A stretch of 64,000 bases of DNA, taken from assembly GCA_024680755.1 (NCBI GenBank), contig JAILBT010000037.1, forward strand, positions 3,768 to 67,767, given 5' to 3'. The notes under the pieces are model-generated. The model was not told the DNA's origin. It worked only from the letters and a program-made list of their open reading frames with translations, and did not search any database. The position numbers and the translations under genes are program-made. The stretch is from Prevotella sp. Its GTDB lineage: Bacteria > Bacteroidota > Bacteroidia > Bacteroidales > Bacteroidaceae. Below are positions 8,309 through 17,479 of the stretch, in pieces (positions within the stretch are counted from its first letter, which is position 1; the number at the start of each line of letters is the position of its first letter).

Positions 8309-9754
8309 GTGAAACTGTCGCTGACCATAGCCCCACGCAGACGCACGCTGATATGCCTGCTACTAAGCACCTTGTGTGTGCAGACCCTGGCTCAGGGGCT
8401 GGATGGCGCGGTCTATCATCAGCTGAAGGATTTCCCGTTCGTCATCGTGTCCGACGACTATGTGGCCACGCCGCCCACGGTGTCCGATTCGCTCTTCGAC
8501 GCTGCCGCCGTAGGCCTGCGCTTCAAGGTCAACCGCACCGAGCTGCAGCCCACCGACCCCTTCATACCGCTCTTCCGCGAGCGGCTGCTGCCCTGGCTAA
8601 AGACGCAGGACATGGAGCTGCGCCAGGTGTATGTCAAGGGTGCCGCCTCGCCCGAGGGACCATACCAGAACAACGTGCGGCTCAGTCGCGGACGCACGGC
8701 CCGCCTCATAGAGTTCATCAGCCGCGAGATGGGCGACAAGCCCGACCTGGCGAACATGGTGAGCGCCTCGAGCGTGACCGAGGACTATGGCCTGCTGGTC
8801 AAGATGATGGGCCAGGCCGGCGATGCCGACTATGACCGCGTGCGCAGGCTGTGGCTCGACTGCCAGGGCGACGAGGCCTGCTGCAAGCGACGGCTGATGG
8901 CGCTCGACGGCGGACGACTGTGGCGACGGCTGCTCAGACAGTATTTCCCGCAGCTCAGACAGGCACGCGTGGTGCTCTGGTTCGCACGCCGGCAGCCGCC
9001 CGTGGCCGTGGTCGTGGCCGAACAGAAACAGGCCACAGGAGCCTTCGCACGCGTGGAGCGCAGACCGGAGGGCGTGTCGCTGACAGTGCACGAAGAACTG
9101 AACCCGACAATCAACATCAGCGTTGCACCGCCGCTGCCGGTATATAGACGCCGACACCTCATCGCTCTGCGCACCAACCTGCTGCACGACCTCTTCTACA
9201 TGCCAAACTTCGGCTTCGCACCGGGCATCAACGCACAGATAGAATACTACCCCCTGCGTGGACACTATACGCTGAACGCGGCCTTCACCTACACCAACCA
9301 CAGGCGGTGGAGCAGCCACAAGTTCTTCCAGTGGCGAGACGCACAGCTGGAGCTCAGACGATATTTCCGCGGCGGGGGCGTCTTCACCGGACCATACCTC
9401 GGACTATATGCGCAGGGCACCGTCTATGGCATCGGCTTCAGCGCCACAAAGGGCTGGCAGGGCGAAGGCGGAGGCGGCGGACTGAGCCTGGGCTATGTCT
9501 GGCCGCTGAACAGGAAAGGTAACCTCCGGCTCGAGCTGAGCGCCAGCGCCGGAGCCTTCGTCACACGCTACGACCCGTACATATATAACCACCCATACGT
9601 CGGACGCGACGACGGACTCTACTACTACGACTACTACGGCAACGCGGCCAACTTCCAGGAACGAAACTACCGCTTCACCTGGTTCGGGCCAACCAACGCC
9701 GGACTGCACCTGACATACGACATAATATACAGGAAGAAGCAGAGGGTGAAATAG
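8309..9754 (+). CDS. DUF3575-like outer-membrane protein with an N-terminal OmpA-like segment (pilus locus head gene)
   Basis: Signal peptide; VKGAASPEGPYQNNVRLSRGR; C-terminal barrel ALRTNLL...LELRRYF...WFGPTNAGLHLTY. Confidence 0.75.
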   Translation: MKLSLTIAPRRRTLICLLLSTLCVQTLAQGLDGAVYHQLKDFPFVIVSDDYVATPPTVSDSLFDAAAVGLRFKVNRTELQPTDPFIPLFRERLLPWLKTQDMELRQVYVKGAASPEGPYQNNVRLSRGRTARLIEFISREMGDKPDLANMVSASSVTEDYGLLVKMMGQAGDADYDRVRRLWLDCQGDEACCKRRLMALDGGRLWRRLLRQYFPQLRQARVVLWFARRQPPVAVVVAEQKQATGAFARVERRPEGVSLTVHEELNPTINISVAPPLPVYRRRHLIALRTNLLHDLFYMPNFGFAPGINAQIEYYPLRGHYTLNAAFTYTNHRRWSSHKFFQWRDAQLELRRYFRGGGVFTGPYLGLYAQGTVYGIGFSATKGWQGEGGGGGLSLGYVWPLNRKGNLRLELSASAGAFVTRYDPYIYNHPYVGRDDGLYYYDYYGNAANFQERNYRFTWFGPTNAGLHLTYDIIYRKKQRVK

Positions 9755-9816
9755 CAAGACCGACACATGACGGCCAACGAAGGACGGACCGCAGAACCAG
9801 TTATACGAATGACGCT

Positions 9817-9903
9817 TTTTTTAAGACAACGAATTAAAACGAATTATATGGACGACACGCATGAAAACCAGAAGGTAAACTTCGTATAGTGTCAGTTCCT
9901 AAG
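9817..9903 (+). repeat. ACGAATT-family intergenic repeat, copy A
   Basis: TTTTTTAAGACAACGAATTAAAACG is identical at 43635; a second 50-nt block is also alignable. Confidence 0.8.
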
Positions 9904-9937
9904 CTCAAAAGAAACCAAACGCGAAGAGAGAAACGCC

Positions 9938-11164
9938 ATGCTGACAAGAACCATCATAGCAGGAATCAGGCAGTGCTGCCACACCATCGGGTGCGGCAGA
10001 AGGTTCGCCATGCTCCGTGCCTCTCTCCTGGCCATCCTCGTCGCGTCGTGCATCGAGCCGCCACTGCACCTGCCCGGACAGGAGGTGCTGACAGAGATGC
10101 CGGTCGTAGAGACACAGCTGAGCGTCGTCTGGAACGTCAACGCCGACTGGGCAGCCGACTGGTACTACGGCTGGGACGAACGCGACGACGAGATATGGGG
10201 CTCCATAGGCTACACCATGCCGTCGAGCTATCAGGTCAGACGCTACTTCACTGGCGAAGACCCTAAGGCACGCCACACCGACATCGACGCCTTCTCCATA
10301 CGCGGAACAAGCTTCCGACGCTACTTCTCCTTCGGCTTCTACGACATACTCTTCTGGAGCAACATCGACTCGAAAGACGGAACGCAAGTGCTCGTCATCT
10401 ACGAGAGTCCCGACTCGGTTGGAGCAACAACCACGGGCACACGCGGACTGTCGCGCAGCGTCAGCCGCATAGTGGCCGGAGCCGCAGAGGTGGTCGATAC
10501 CACAAGCATCATCGGACTGCGTAACCAGCCCGAGATATTCTATGCCGCATACCCGGAAGACATTTATATATCGCGCGACCTGAGCGACTATATCTACGAC
10601 CCCGTGGAGAATATCTACATCAAGAAGATCGAGACCGAACTCCGACCCATGGTCTATATCTACCTGGTGCAGATCGTCCTGCTCAACAACGACGGACGCA
10701 TCAAGGGCATCAACGGCAACGCCGCCATGTCGTCGATGTCGAGCGGTGTGAACGTCATGACGGGACACACATTCAACAGCCCCTCCATCATCTACTTCAA
10801 CATGCGACTGAAACGCAACCTCAGCTCCGACCGCGGACCATGCGACATCATCGGCGGAAAGTTCACCACCTTCGGACTATGCGACATGGAGCCATACACC
10901 CGGCAGGGAACACAGTACCGTGGCTCGCGAGCCGACCTGAACAACTATGTCTTCTTCGACCTGCTCTTCAGCAACGACGGCGTGAAGACCTACTCCGTCG
11001 ATGTGACAGAACAGTGTCAGCGACAGGCACACGGAGGTGTCATCACCGTATATATCGACTGCTCGCAGCTCGAACCGCCCGAAGGACCGGAGCAGGGCAC
11101 AGGCAGCCTCTTCCAGCCAACAGTCGAAGACTATGAGGAGGTTTACTGGGAAATAGAGATGTAA
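9938..11164 (+). CDS. DUF5119-like (FimB/Mfa2-related) lipoprotein
   Basis: Lipobox LVASC-IEPPL (true start may be M of MLRASLL); NQPEIFYAA, LRPMVYIYLVQ, FTTFGLC, DVTEQ...GGVITV, terminal FQPTVEDYEE. Confidence 0.7.
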   Translation: MLTRTIIAGIRQCCHTIGCGRRFAMLRASLLAILVASCIEPPLHLPGQEVLTEMPVVETQLSVVWNVNADWAADWYYGWDERDDEIWGSIGYTMPSSYQVRRYFTGEDPKARHTDIDAFSIRGTSFRRYFSFGFYDILFWSNIDSKDGTQVLVIYESPDSVGATTTGTRGLSRSVSRIVAGAAEVVDTTSIIGLRNQPEIFYAAYPEDIYISRDLSDYIYDPVENIYIKKIETELRPMVYIYLVQIVLLNNDGRIKGINGNAAMSSMSSGVNVMTGHTFNSPSIIYFNMRLKRNLSSDRGPCDIIGGKFTTFGLCDMEPYTRQGTQYRGSRADLNNYVFFDLLFSNDGVKTYSVDVTEQCQRQAHGGVITVYIDCSQLEPPEGPEQGTGSLFQPTVEDYEEVYWEIEM

Positions 11165-11205
11165 GGAGCAAACGCAACAAATAGCAAATCATAAGATCGT
11201 AAATC

Positions 11206-12342
11206 ATGCTGACCATTGCCAATCCCATATACGACACCGTGTTCAAGTACCTCATGGAGGACGAACGCATAGCACGAACCATACTGTCGGCACTGCTGAA
11301 GGAGGACATCGTCAGGGTGGAGATGCGCCCGCACGAATACAGCAACGGGCAGAAGGAGATGATGAGCATCTTCCGCATCGACTTCGGAGCCACCATACGC
11401 AAGGACGACGGGCAGGAGCAACTCGTGCTGATAGAACTGCAGAAATCGTGGCTGCCAACGGAGATACTGCGCTTCAGGCAATACCTCGGTGTGCACTACC
11501 AGAACCCCAAGAACATCGTCGGCGACAGCCCCGACCGCCACGCGCTGCCCATGGTGGCAGTCTATCTGCTGGGGCACGACGTGGGGCAGATAGAGGAGCC
11601 GGTCATCTATGTGCGCAACCAGACGCTCAACTATGACAACATGCCCATCACACGGGGGCTGCCCAACCCCTTCATCGAGAGCCTCAGCCACAACAGCATC
11701 ATTGTGCAGATACCGCGGCTGCACGGAAAGATCAACAACAGGCTGGACAAGGTGCTCAGCATCTTCGACCAGACGCAGGTGAGCCAGGAAAGCCAGCACT
11801 ACCTGAGGCTGGACGACGCTGCCTATGACGCTGCCGACAGCGACATGCAGCCCATACTGCACCGGCTGATGAAGGCAGCACTAAGCGTGGAGATGAGGCA
11901 GGACATGAACGTCGAAGACGAGTATTTCTCTCTCATCAAAGAACAGGAAGGAAAACTCTATGGCCTCGAGCGTGACCTGGAAGACACCATAAGGCAACTG
12001 GCCGAGAAAAAGTCGTTGCTGGCCGAGAAGGACGGACAGCTGGCTGAGAAGGACGGACAGCTGGCCGAGAAGGACGGACAACTGGCCGAGAAGGACGGAC
12101 AGCTGGCCGAGAAGGACGGACAGCTGGCCGAGAAAGACGGACAACTGGCCGAAAAGGACGGACAACTGGCCGAGAAGGACGGACAACTGGCCGAGAAAGA
12201 CGGACAGCTGGCCGAGAAGGACGGACAGCTGCGCCAACTGGTGGGCATGCTGCTGAAGATGGGACAGACCCCGGAAAGCATTGCCGAGCAACTGCACATC
12301 GACGCGGAAAGCATCAAAGCACTTGGCAAGAGCGAGCCATGA
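11206..12342 (+). CDS. Rpn/PD-(D/E)XK nuclease-like protein with a coiled-coil repeat tail
   Basis: IANPIYDTVFKYLMED start, RIDF...LIELQK nuclease motif, C-terminal MGQTPESIAEQLHI helix-turn-helix-like end. Confidence 0.65.
   Translation: MLTIANPIYDTVFKYLMEDERIARTILSALLKEDIVRVEMRPHEYSNGQKEMMSIFRIDFGATIRKDDGQEQLVLIELQKSWLPTEILRFRQYLGVHYQNPKNIVGDSPDRHALPMVAVYLLGHDVGQIEEPVIYVRNQTLNYDNMPITRGLPNPFIESLSHNSIIVQIPRLHGKINNRLDKVLSIFDQTQVSQESQHYLRLDDAAYDAADSDMQPILHRLMKAALSVEMRQDMNVEDEYFSLIKEQEGKLYGLERDLEDTIRQLAEKKSLLAEKDGQLAEKDGQLAEKDGQLAEKDGQLAEKDGQLAEKDGQLAEKDGQLAEKDGQLAEKDGQLAEKDGQLRQLVGMLLKMGQTPESIAEQLHIDAESIKALGKSEP
12019..12228 (+). repeat. 21-nt coding tandem repeat x10 (LAEKDGQ)
   Basis: Ten units counted, differing only at synonymous positions. 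Confidence 0.97.
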
Positions 12343-12404
12343 CACCTGACGCAGACATCAACAAACAGAAAAAAATCTATTTTTAATTTTTTACCTAAAC
12401 CATT

Positions 12405-14300
12405 ATGAACAAAAGTTTAATTTTCGCCCTCGCTGCAGCCGCCACACTGGCCGCGTGCAGCACCGACGAACTGGTCAACGAGCAGATCGACGCCAGGCAC
12501 ACAGGGCAGGTGCCCATCGAATTCAGCGTCGAAAAGCAGAACATCACACGAGCTGCAAACCTCGAGACCGTCAAGCACTACAACTTCGGCGTCTGGGCAT
12601 GGAAACGCGACGGCAAGAACGGCCTTGACGATGCCGAGGTGATGAACAACTACCTCGTGGGCTGGTCGGACAATGCGGGCAAGGGCTACAAGGTCGGCTC
12701 TCTGACCACCACGTACAACACAAAGCCTGGAACCCTGCAGGATCATGTCTCACCTTGGTACTATGAGGGGCTGGGAACGGCCGAGTATCTCAACACCGAA
12801 ACGAGCGCATGGGGCTACTACACCAAGGACAGCACCGCCTACACGTCGAACAACGCCAACCAGTACCTCCGCTATTGGGACCTGGCTTACAATCAGACCA
12901 ACTTCTACTGCTACGCCCCGTATGTGCATAACGGAAGCACCGCCGCTACCAAGGTGACGTTCGATCATGTCAAAAACGGCAACAGCACAATGACCTTTGG
13001 CGCTCAGGTGATACGCGACGGTTACGACGTGCCGGAGAACAAGACATACTACAAAGACTACAGCCGCACCCTCGGTGAGTTTATGTATGCCGGCGTGAAG
13101 GGTGTCAATGCCAACCTGAACGACATCACCGTGCCATTCAAGCACATGGGCGCACAGCTCTTCATCCGCTTCTATGAGGACATTCCCGGCTACAAGGTGG
13201 AAATCATCGACCTCTGCGCCGACAATGGCACCACCGGTGCCACCGGTGACCAGACGCGTGGCATCCAGGCCACACCGTCTATTGAGACCACACCACCGGT
13301 GTATTACACTCTCTCAACAGCCGAGGCTTATAACCAGCTCCTGCCTGGCGCATGGACTCTCCAGATGGTGAAAACACCTGCCGTGTATTATACCGCAGAG
13401 GAGGCAGCAGCATACAATAGTGAAAATAACTATAATGAAGGTGATGCCGGCTATGTTACAACAAGCACTGTGAAGACAGCTGCTGTGTACTACACAAATC
13501 AAGAGTGCTATGACCATAACAAGACCCTGCCAGGTGCCAAGATTATCGGCCAGATAAAGGACCCGGGTGTTTACAATAACGGAACGTATTACACCACGCA
13601 GGGAGCTACCGTCACATTCGCTGAGGCTACCGCAGTGCCCACCTATCAGGCCGTATGGACCAACAGCACCACGAAGACAAACGACAGTCCGCTGATGTTC
13701 CAGATACCGAGGACAGGAACTGCCTATGAAACTTATTCTGTTGCTCCAGGCAATTTGACAGCCTGGAACGGACACAATGTCATCAAGGAGGCTGTGATCA
13801 CCGGTGCCCAGCAGTATAGCTATTCACCCACCATCTACTACCCCGTGTCACAGCCCACCAAGGATAACAACAATACCGAGTGGACCAACACTACCGGCAC
13901 TGGCTTCACATTCCACGTCTCCTATCGCATCATTGCTGAGGACAACAAGGAGCAAATAACCGTGCACAACGCCACCGTGCATGTGCCCTGCAAGGGTGCG
14001 GTCAAGACGGGAGCGGAAGGTGCAAGCGAGGGCGAGTCCACCACTGATGCCAACACTTGGATCACCGTCTGGCAGCCCAACGTGAAATATACCTACACGT
14101 TCAAGATCACACGCAACTCTAACGGTAGCACCAACCCCGGTAAGAATATCGACCCGACCGACCCCAGCGTCAGCGACGAGGTGGCATTGTATCCCATCGT
14201 GTTCGACAAGGCCGACATCGAGGACTACACCACCAACTACTCTGTTTACGAGTTGACCGAAGACACTGACACCCAGTATCACGAATACCCCCAACAGTAA
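12405..14300 (+). CDS. Type V pilin/fimbrillin-like lipoprotein 1 (candidate major shaft subunit)
   Basis: Lipobox LAAC, ITRA processing site, LRYWD, FYCYAPY, VPFKH, WQPNVKYTYTFKI; first pilin, followed by a strong hairpin. Confidence 0.8.
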   Translation: MNKSLIFALAAAATLAACSTDELVNEQIDARHTGQVPIEFSVEKQNITRAANLETVKHYNFGVWAWKRDGKNGLDDAEVMNNYLVGWSDNAGKGYKVGSLTTTYNTKPGTLQDHVSPWYYEGLGTAEYLNTETSAWGYYTKDSTAYTSNNANQYLRYWDLAYNQTNFYCYAPYVHNGSTAATKVTFDHVKNGNSTMTFGAQVIRDGYDVPENKTYYKDYSRTLGEFMYAGVKGVNANLNDITVPFKHMGAQLFIRFYEDIPGYKVEIIDLCADNGTTGATGDQTRGIQATPSIETTPPVYYTLSTAEAYNQLLPGAWTLQMVKTPAVYYTAEEAAAYNSENNYNEGDAGYVTTSTVKTAAVYYTNQECYDHNKTLPGAKIIGQIKDPGVYNNGTYYTTQGATVTFAEATAVPTYQAVWTNSTTKTNDSPLMFQIPRTGTAYETYSVAPGNLTAWNGHNVIKEAVITGAQQYSYSPTIYYPVSQPTKDNNNTEWTNTTGTGFTFHVSYRIIAEDNKEQITVHNATVHVPCKGAVKTGAEGASEGESTTDANTWITVWQPNVKYTYTFKITRNSNGSTNPGKNIDPTDPSVSDEVALYPIVFDKADIEDYTTNYSVYELTEDTDTQYHEYPQQ

Positions 14301-14313
14301 TATCTGACACTGC

Positions 14314-14345
14314 TGTCCGCAGCGGGTACACGCCCGCTGCGGACA
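14314..14345 (+). terminator. 13-bp GC-rich hairpin after pilin 1 (no U-tail; partial terminator or mRNA stabiliser)
   Basis: TGTCCGCAGCGGG-TACACG-CCCGCTGCGGACA. Confidence 0.55.
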
Positions 14346-14453
14346 ACACCCACTCCACGTCAGGCACGACCTGTCATTCTGTTATCCCATAATTCCACAA
14401 TCCCGTCGTTCCGAACCTCGTAATCCCGTACTCCCGCGAAAGAACAGATTGTC

Positions 14454-15746
14454 TTGACAAACAACAACAACATACTGCTCACCTTGGCCGCGCTGCTTGC
14501 AGCCTGCTCCTCAGACACCGCGCTCGAGGACGCACAGCACGTCGACCTCAGACAGCCCATGCGCTTCGGACTGTCAACAGCCGACACACCGGCAGAACAG
14601 GCCGTGACCCGAGCCGCACTGGAGAACACCTACCAGGACTTCAAGGTGAGCGCATGGAAATACTTCGGCGACGACGGTCAGCAACAGAACGTCATGGACG
14701 GGTACAAGGTGGAATACTCCGCCACACCCTTCAACGACTACGGCGACGGATACAACTGGCACTACGAGAACATCAACGAACAACTGCTGCGCTACTGGGA
14801 TCTCGCGGCCTTCCCCTACGAGTTCCGCGCCGTGTCGCCATACAACACCACGGCCGCCATCACAACCGACGGACTCAACGTCGCAGCCGACTTCAAGAGC
14901 CATGTGCTCTACAACGACGCCTACTACCACACATACACCTCTGAAGAGGTGAACACACCCTGCACCAAGGCCGACGGCGAACCCTGCGTCGTGGCTAACG
15001 TGAGCCGCGCCAAACGCATTAACGACGACGGCAACCAATATGTCGATACCGACAAGATCAAGGACACCCCGATCAACGAGGCGGGAAAAGCCAACGCCAC
15101 ACGCGAGGTACACCTGCCCTTCCACCACCTGATGTCGAAGGTGGGCTTCAAGATATTCATCGACAACCCGCAGCCATTCGACATGCAATTCGACGACGGA
15201 AAAGGCGATGAGTACGGCGTGTGGATAGACAACATACGCATCACAGCCAAGGCCGACGACCCGGGCTTCGTCACTGCCGCCAACGGATATACCGCCACCG
15301 GCCAGCAGGGACTGCTCGAAGGCCAATTCACCGGAACCACCACACAGAGCGGAGAGTACACTCTGCTCTTCCACAACGCATACAACTCCATAGCAGACCA
15401 GAACCTGCACTACCACTTGAGCCGAGAGACGGCCTACAGCCTGACCAAGAAGAACGGCGCCCTCGACGACCTGCACCAGTTGCCACAGCAGAACGTGAGG
15501 CTGCACGTCGTCATGGACATCCACACCAACCATGTGGAGCCGGACGACCAGCAGTTCCACTACGACTCGTGGCTCAGCCTCGACAAGAACAACACCGAGG
15601 GCGACCGCTTCACCTGGCTGCCCGACCATAAATACATATATGTGTTACGCATTCCCAACCTCCACGGCCACGAGATAAACCTCCACACCTGCGAGGTGCT
15701 GCCATGGGACGACGTGCAGACCACCGACATCGACGTGGTACTGTGA
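14454..15746 (+). CDS. Fimbrillin-like lipoprotein 2 (TTG start)
   Basis: LAAC lipobox, VTRA, LLRYWD, LPFHHLMSKVGF, WLPDHKYIYVL, terminal VLPWDDV. Confidence 0.8.
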   Translation: MTNNNNILLTLAALLAACSSDTALEDAQHVDLRQPMRFGLSTADTPAEQAVTRAALENTYQDFKVSAWKYFGDDGQQQNVMDGYKVEYSATPFNDYGDGYNWHYENINEQLLRYWDLAAFPYEFRAVSPYNTTAAITTDGLNVAADFKSHVLYNDAYYHTYTSEEVNTPCTKADGEPCVVANVSRAKRINDDGNQYVDTDKIKDTPINEAGKANATREVHLPFHHLMSKVGFKIFIDNPQPFDMQFDDGKGDEYGVWIDNIRITAKADDPGFVTAANGYTATGQQGLLEGQFTGTTTQSGEYTLLFHNAYNSIADQNLHYHLSRETAYSLTKKNGALDDLHQLPQQNVRLHVVMDIHTNHVEPDDQQFHYDSWLSLDKNNTEGDRFTWLPDHKYIYVLRIPNLHGHEINLHTCEVLPWDDVQTTDIDVVL

Positions 15747-15844
15747 AGAGTGATGAGTTTGCTGCCGCCCGGCATAGAAATTGAGAAACAAAAAATATCG
15801 TAGATCGAGAATAAACAGTAAAACCGTAAATAGTAAATAACACA

Positions 15845-17455
15845 GTGGGTACATACATCAACAAGGGAAACATAGCCTTCCAGAGCAGTCGCAACAGCGA
15901 ATATGTTGACAAGTCGAGGCTGATAGCCGTTGTCAACCAGACGCTGTTTACCCGACAGCGCTTCAGTTGCGTCAGCCGCTGCCGCCGCTTCGGCAAGTCG
16001 ATGGCGGCAGAGATGCTCTGTGCCTACTACGACAAGTCGTGCCAGTCGCGCCACCTCTTCCAAGACTTGAAGATAGTGGACGACCCGTCGTTCGAACAAC
16101 ACCTGAACAAATATGCCGTCGTCTATGTCGACATGACGAGTTTCATCACTCGCTACCATGACGATACCATCGTAGAGCATATCAACGACGAGGTGATGGC
16201 CGACGTTCACAAGGCATACCCCGACGTGCCACGGCAGGACGGCGACGACCTGATGGCCCTGCTCATACGCATCAACGAAGACACCAGCGAGCAGTTCTTC
16301 TTCATCGCAGACGAGTGGGATGCCATCTGTCGCGAGTTCAAGCCAGGCACAAAAGCCATGGGGGACTATCTGAACTGGCTGCGCCGTATGTTCAAAAGCA
16401 ATGAGGGGCTGACAGTGTTTGCCGGAGCCTACCTCACGGGCATATTGCCCATCAAGAAATACCAGACGCAGTCGGCCATGAACCGCTCGGCCCAAAGGGA
16501 CGCTTGCCTAAGCAAGAACTTCCAGGAGTACTCTATGATAGACCCCATGAACATGGCCGGTCTCTTCGGCTTTACTGAAGACGAGGTAAAGACCTTGGCC
16601 GACAAGCACGGCATGGACTATGGCGAACTGGAGAAATGGTACGATGGCTATCAGATAGGCGACGAGAACCATATCTTTAATCCGAATTCTGTGATGACGG
16701 CATTAAGAAGCAGAAGATGCCGCAACTACTGGGCCAAGACAGCCGCATACGAAACGGTGTCGCACTACATCTCGCTGAACTTTGAAGGGCTGAAGGACGA
16801 CATTCTGAAACTGCTTGCAGGGGAATCGGTCAGGGTGAACACCACAAAATTCCAAAACGACCTGTCCATAGTCAAGAGCAAGGACGACGTGCTCACCGTA
16901 CTTATCCACTTGGGCTACCTTGCCTATGATGATGAGCGCAAGCACTGCTACGTTCCTAACTACGAAGTAGCAGGCGAACTGTCGAATGCCATTGAGGATA
17001 CAAACTGGACACAGGTAGTAAAGTCATTACAACAGTCAGAGGAGTTACTGCAAAACACACTCGCCGGCAATAGTCAGGCCGTGGCACGGGGCATCGATCT
17101 GGCACACGACGAGAACACCAGCATCCTCGCCTACAACGACGAAAACTCGATGGCCTGCGTGCTCTCGATAGCCTACTATGCCGCCCGCGACAAATACATC
17201 GTTCACCGCGAATACCAGAGCGGCAAGGGCTTTGCCGATCTGGTGCTGATACCCCGCAAGCATACAGACTCGCCCGCCGTCATCATAGAGCTGAAATACG
17301 ACCATACCGTCGATACCGCCATCAGCCAGATACTGCGCAAGCAGTACCCGGCAAAGGTAGCCGAATATGCCGACCGACTGCTCTTGGTAGGCATCAGCTA
17401 CGACCGGGAGAGCAAGCGGCATGAATGCAAGATTACAGAATACAAGAAAGAATAG
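15845..17455 (+). CDS. AAA-ATPase-like + C-terminal PD-(D/E)XK nuclease protein, subfamily a, copy 1 (GTG start)
   Basis: YVDKS, Walker A SRCRRFGKS, Walker B FIADEWD, LTGILP, FGFT, WYDGY, GFADL...IIELK. Confidence 0.88.
   Translation: MGTYINKGNIAFQSSRNSEYVDKSRLIAVVNQTLFTRQRFSCVSRCRRFGKSMAAEMLCAYYDKSCQSRHLFQDLKIVDDPSFEQHLNKYAVVYVDMTSFITRYHDDTIVEHINDEVMADVHKAYPDVPRQDGDDLMALLIRINEDTSEQFFFIADEWDAICREFKPGTKAMGDYLNWLRRMFKSNEGLTVFAGAYLTGILPIKKYQTQSAMNRSAQRDACLSKNFQEYSMIDPMNMAGLFGFTEDEVKTLADKHGMDYGELEKWYDGYQIGDENHIFNPNSVMTALRSRRCRNYWAKTAAYETVSHYISLNFEGLKDDILKLLAGESVRVNTTKFQNDLSIVKSKDDVLTVLIHLGYLAYDDERKHCYVPNYEVAGELSNAIEDTNWTQVVKSLQQSEELLQNTLAGNSQAVARGIDLAHDENTSILAYNDENSMACVLSIAYYAARDKYIVHREYQSGKGFADLVLIPRKHTDSPAVIIELKYDHTVDTAISQILRKQYPAKVAEYADRLLLVGISYDRESKRHECKITEYKKE
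16484..16516 (+). mobile_element. 33-nt two-hairpin mini element, in frame (RSAQRDACLSK), copy 2
   Basis: CGCTCG-GCCC-AAA-GGGA-CG-CTTGC-CTAA-GCAAG between AAC and AAC codons. Confidence 0.75.
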
Positions 17456-17479
17456 AATAAACAAAAAAATAACAAAGAT

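Noticed and set aside
16484-16516. Intein or self-splicing intron
   Set aside because: Far too short and lacks intein terminal residues or ribozyme core elements; related copies occur in non-coding DNA.
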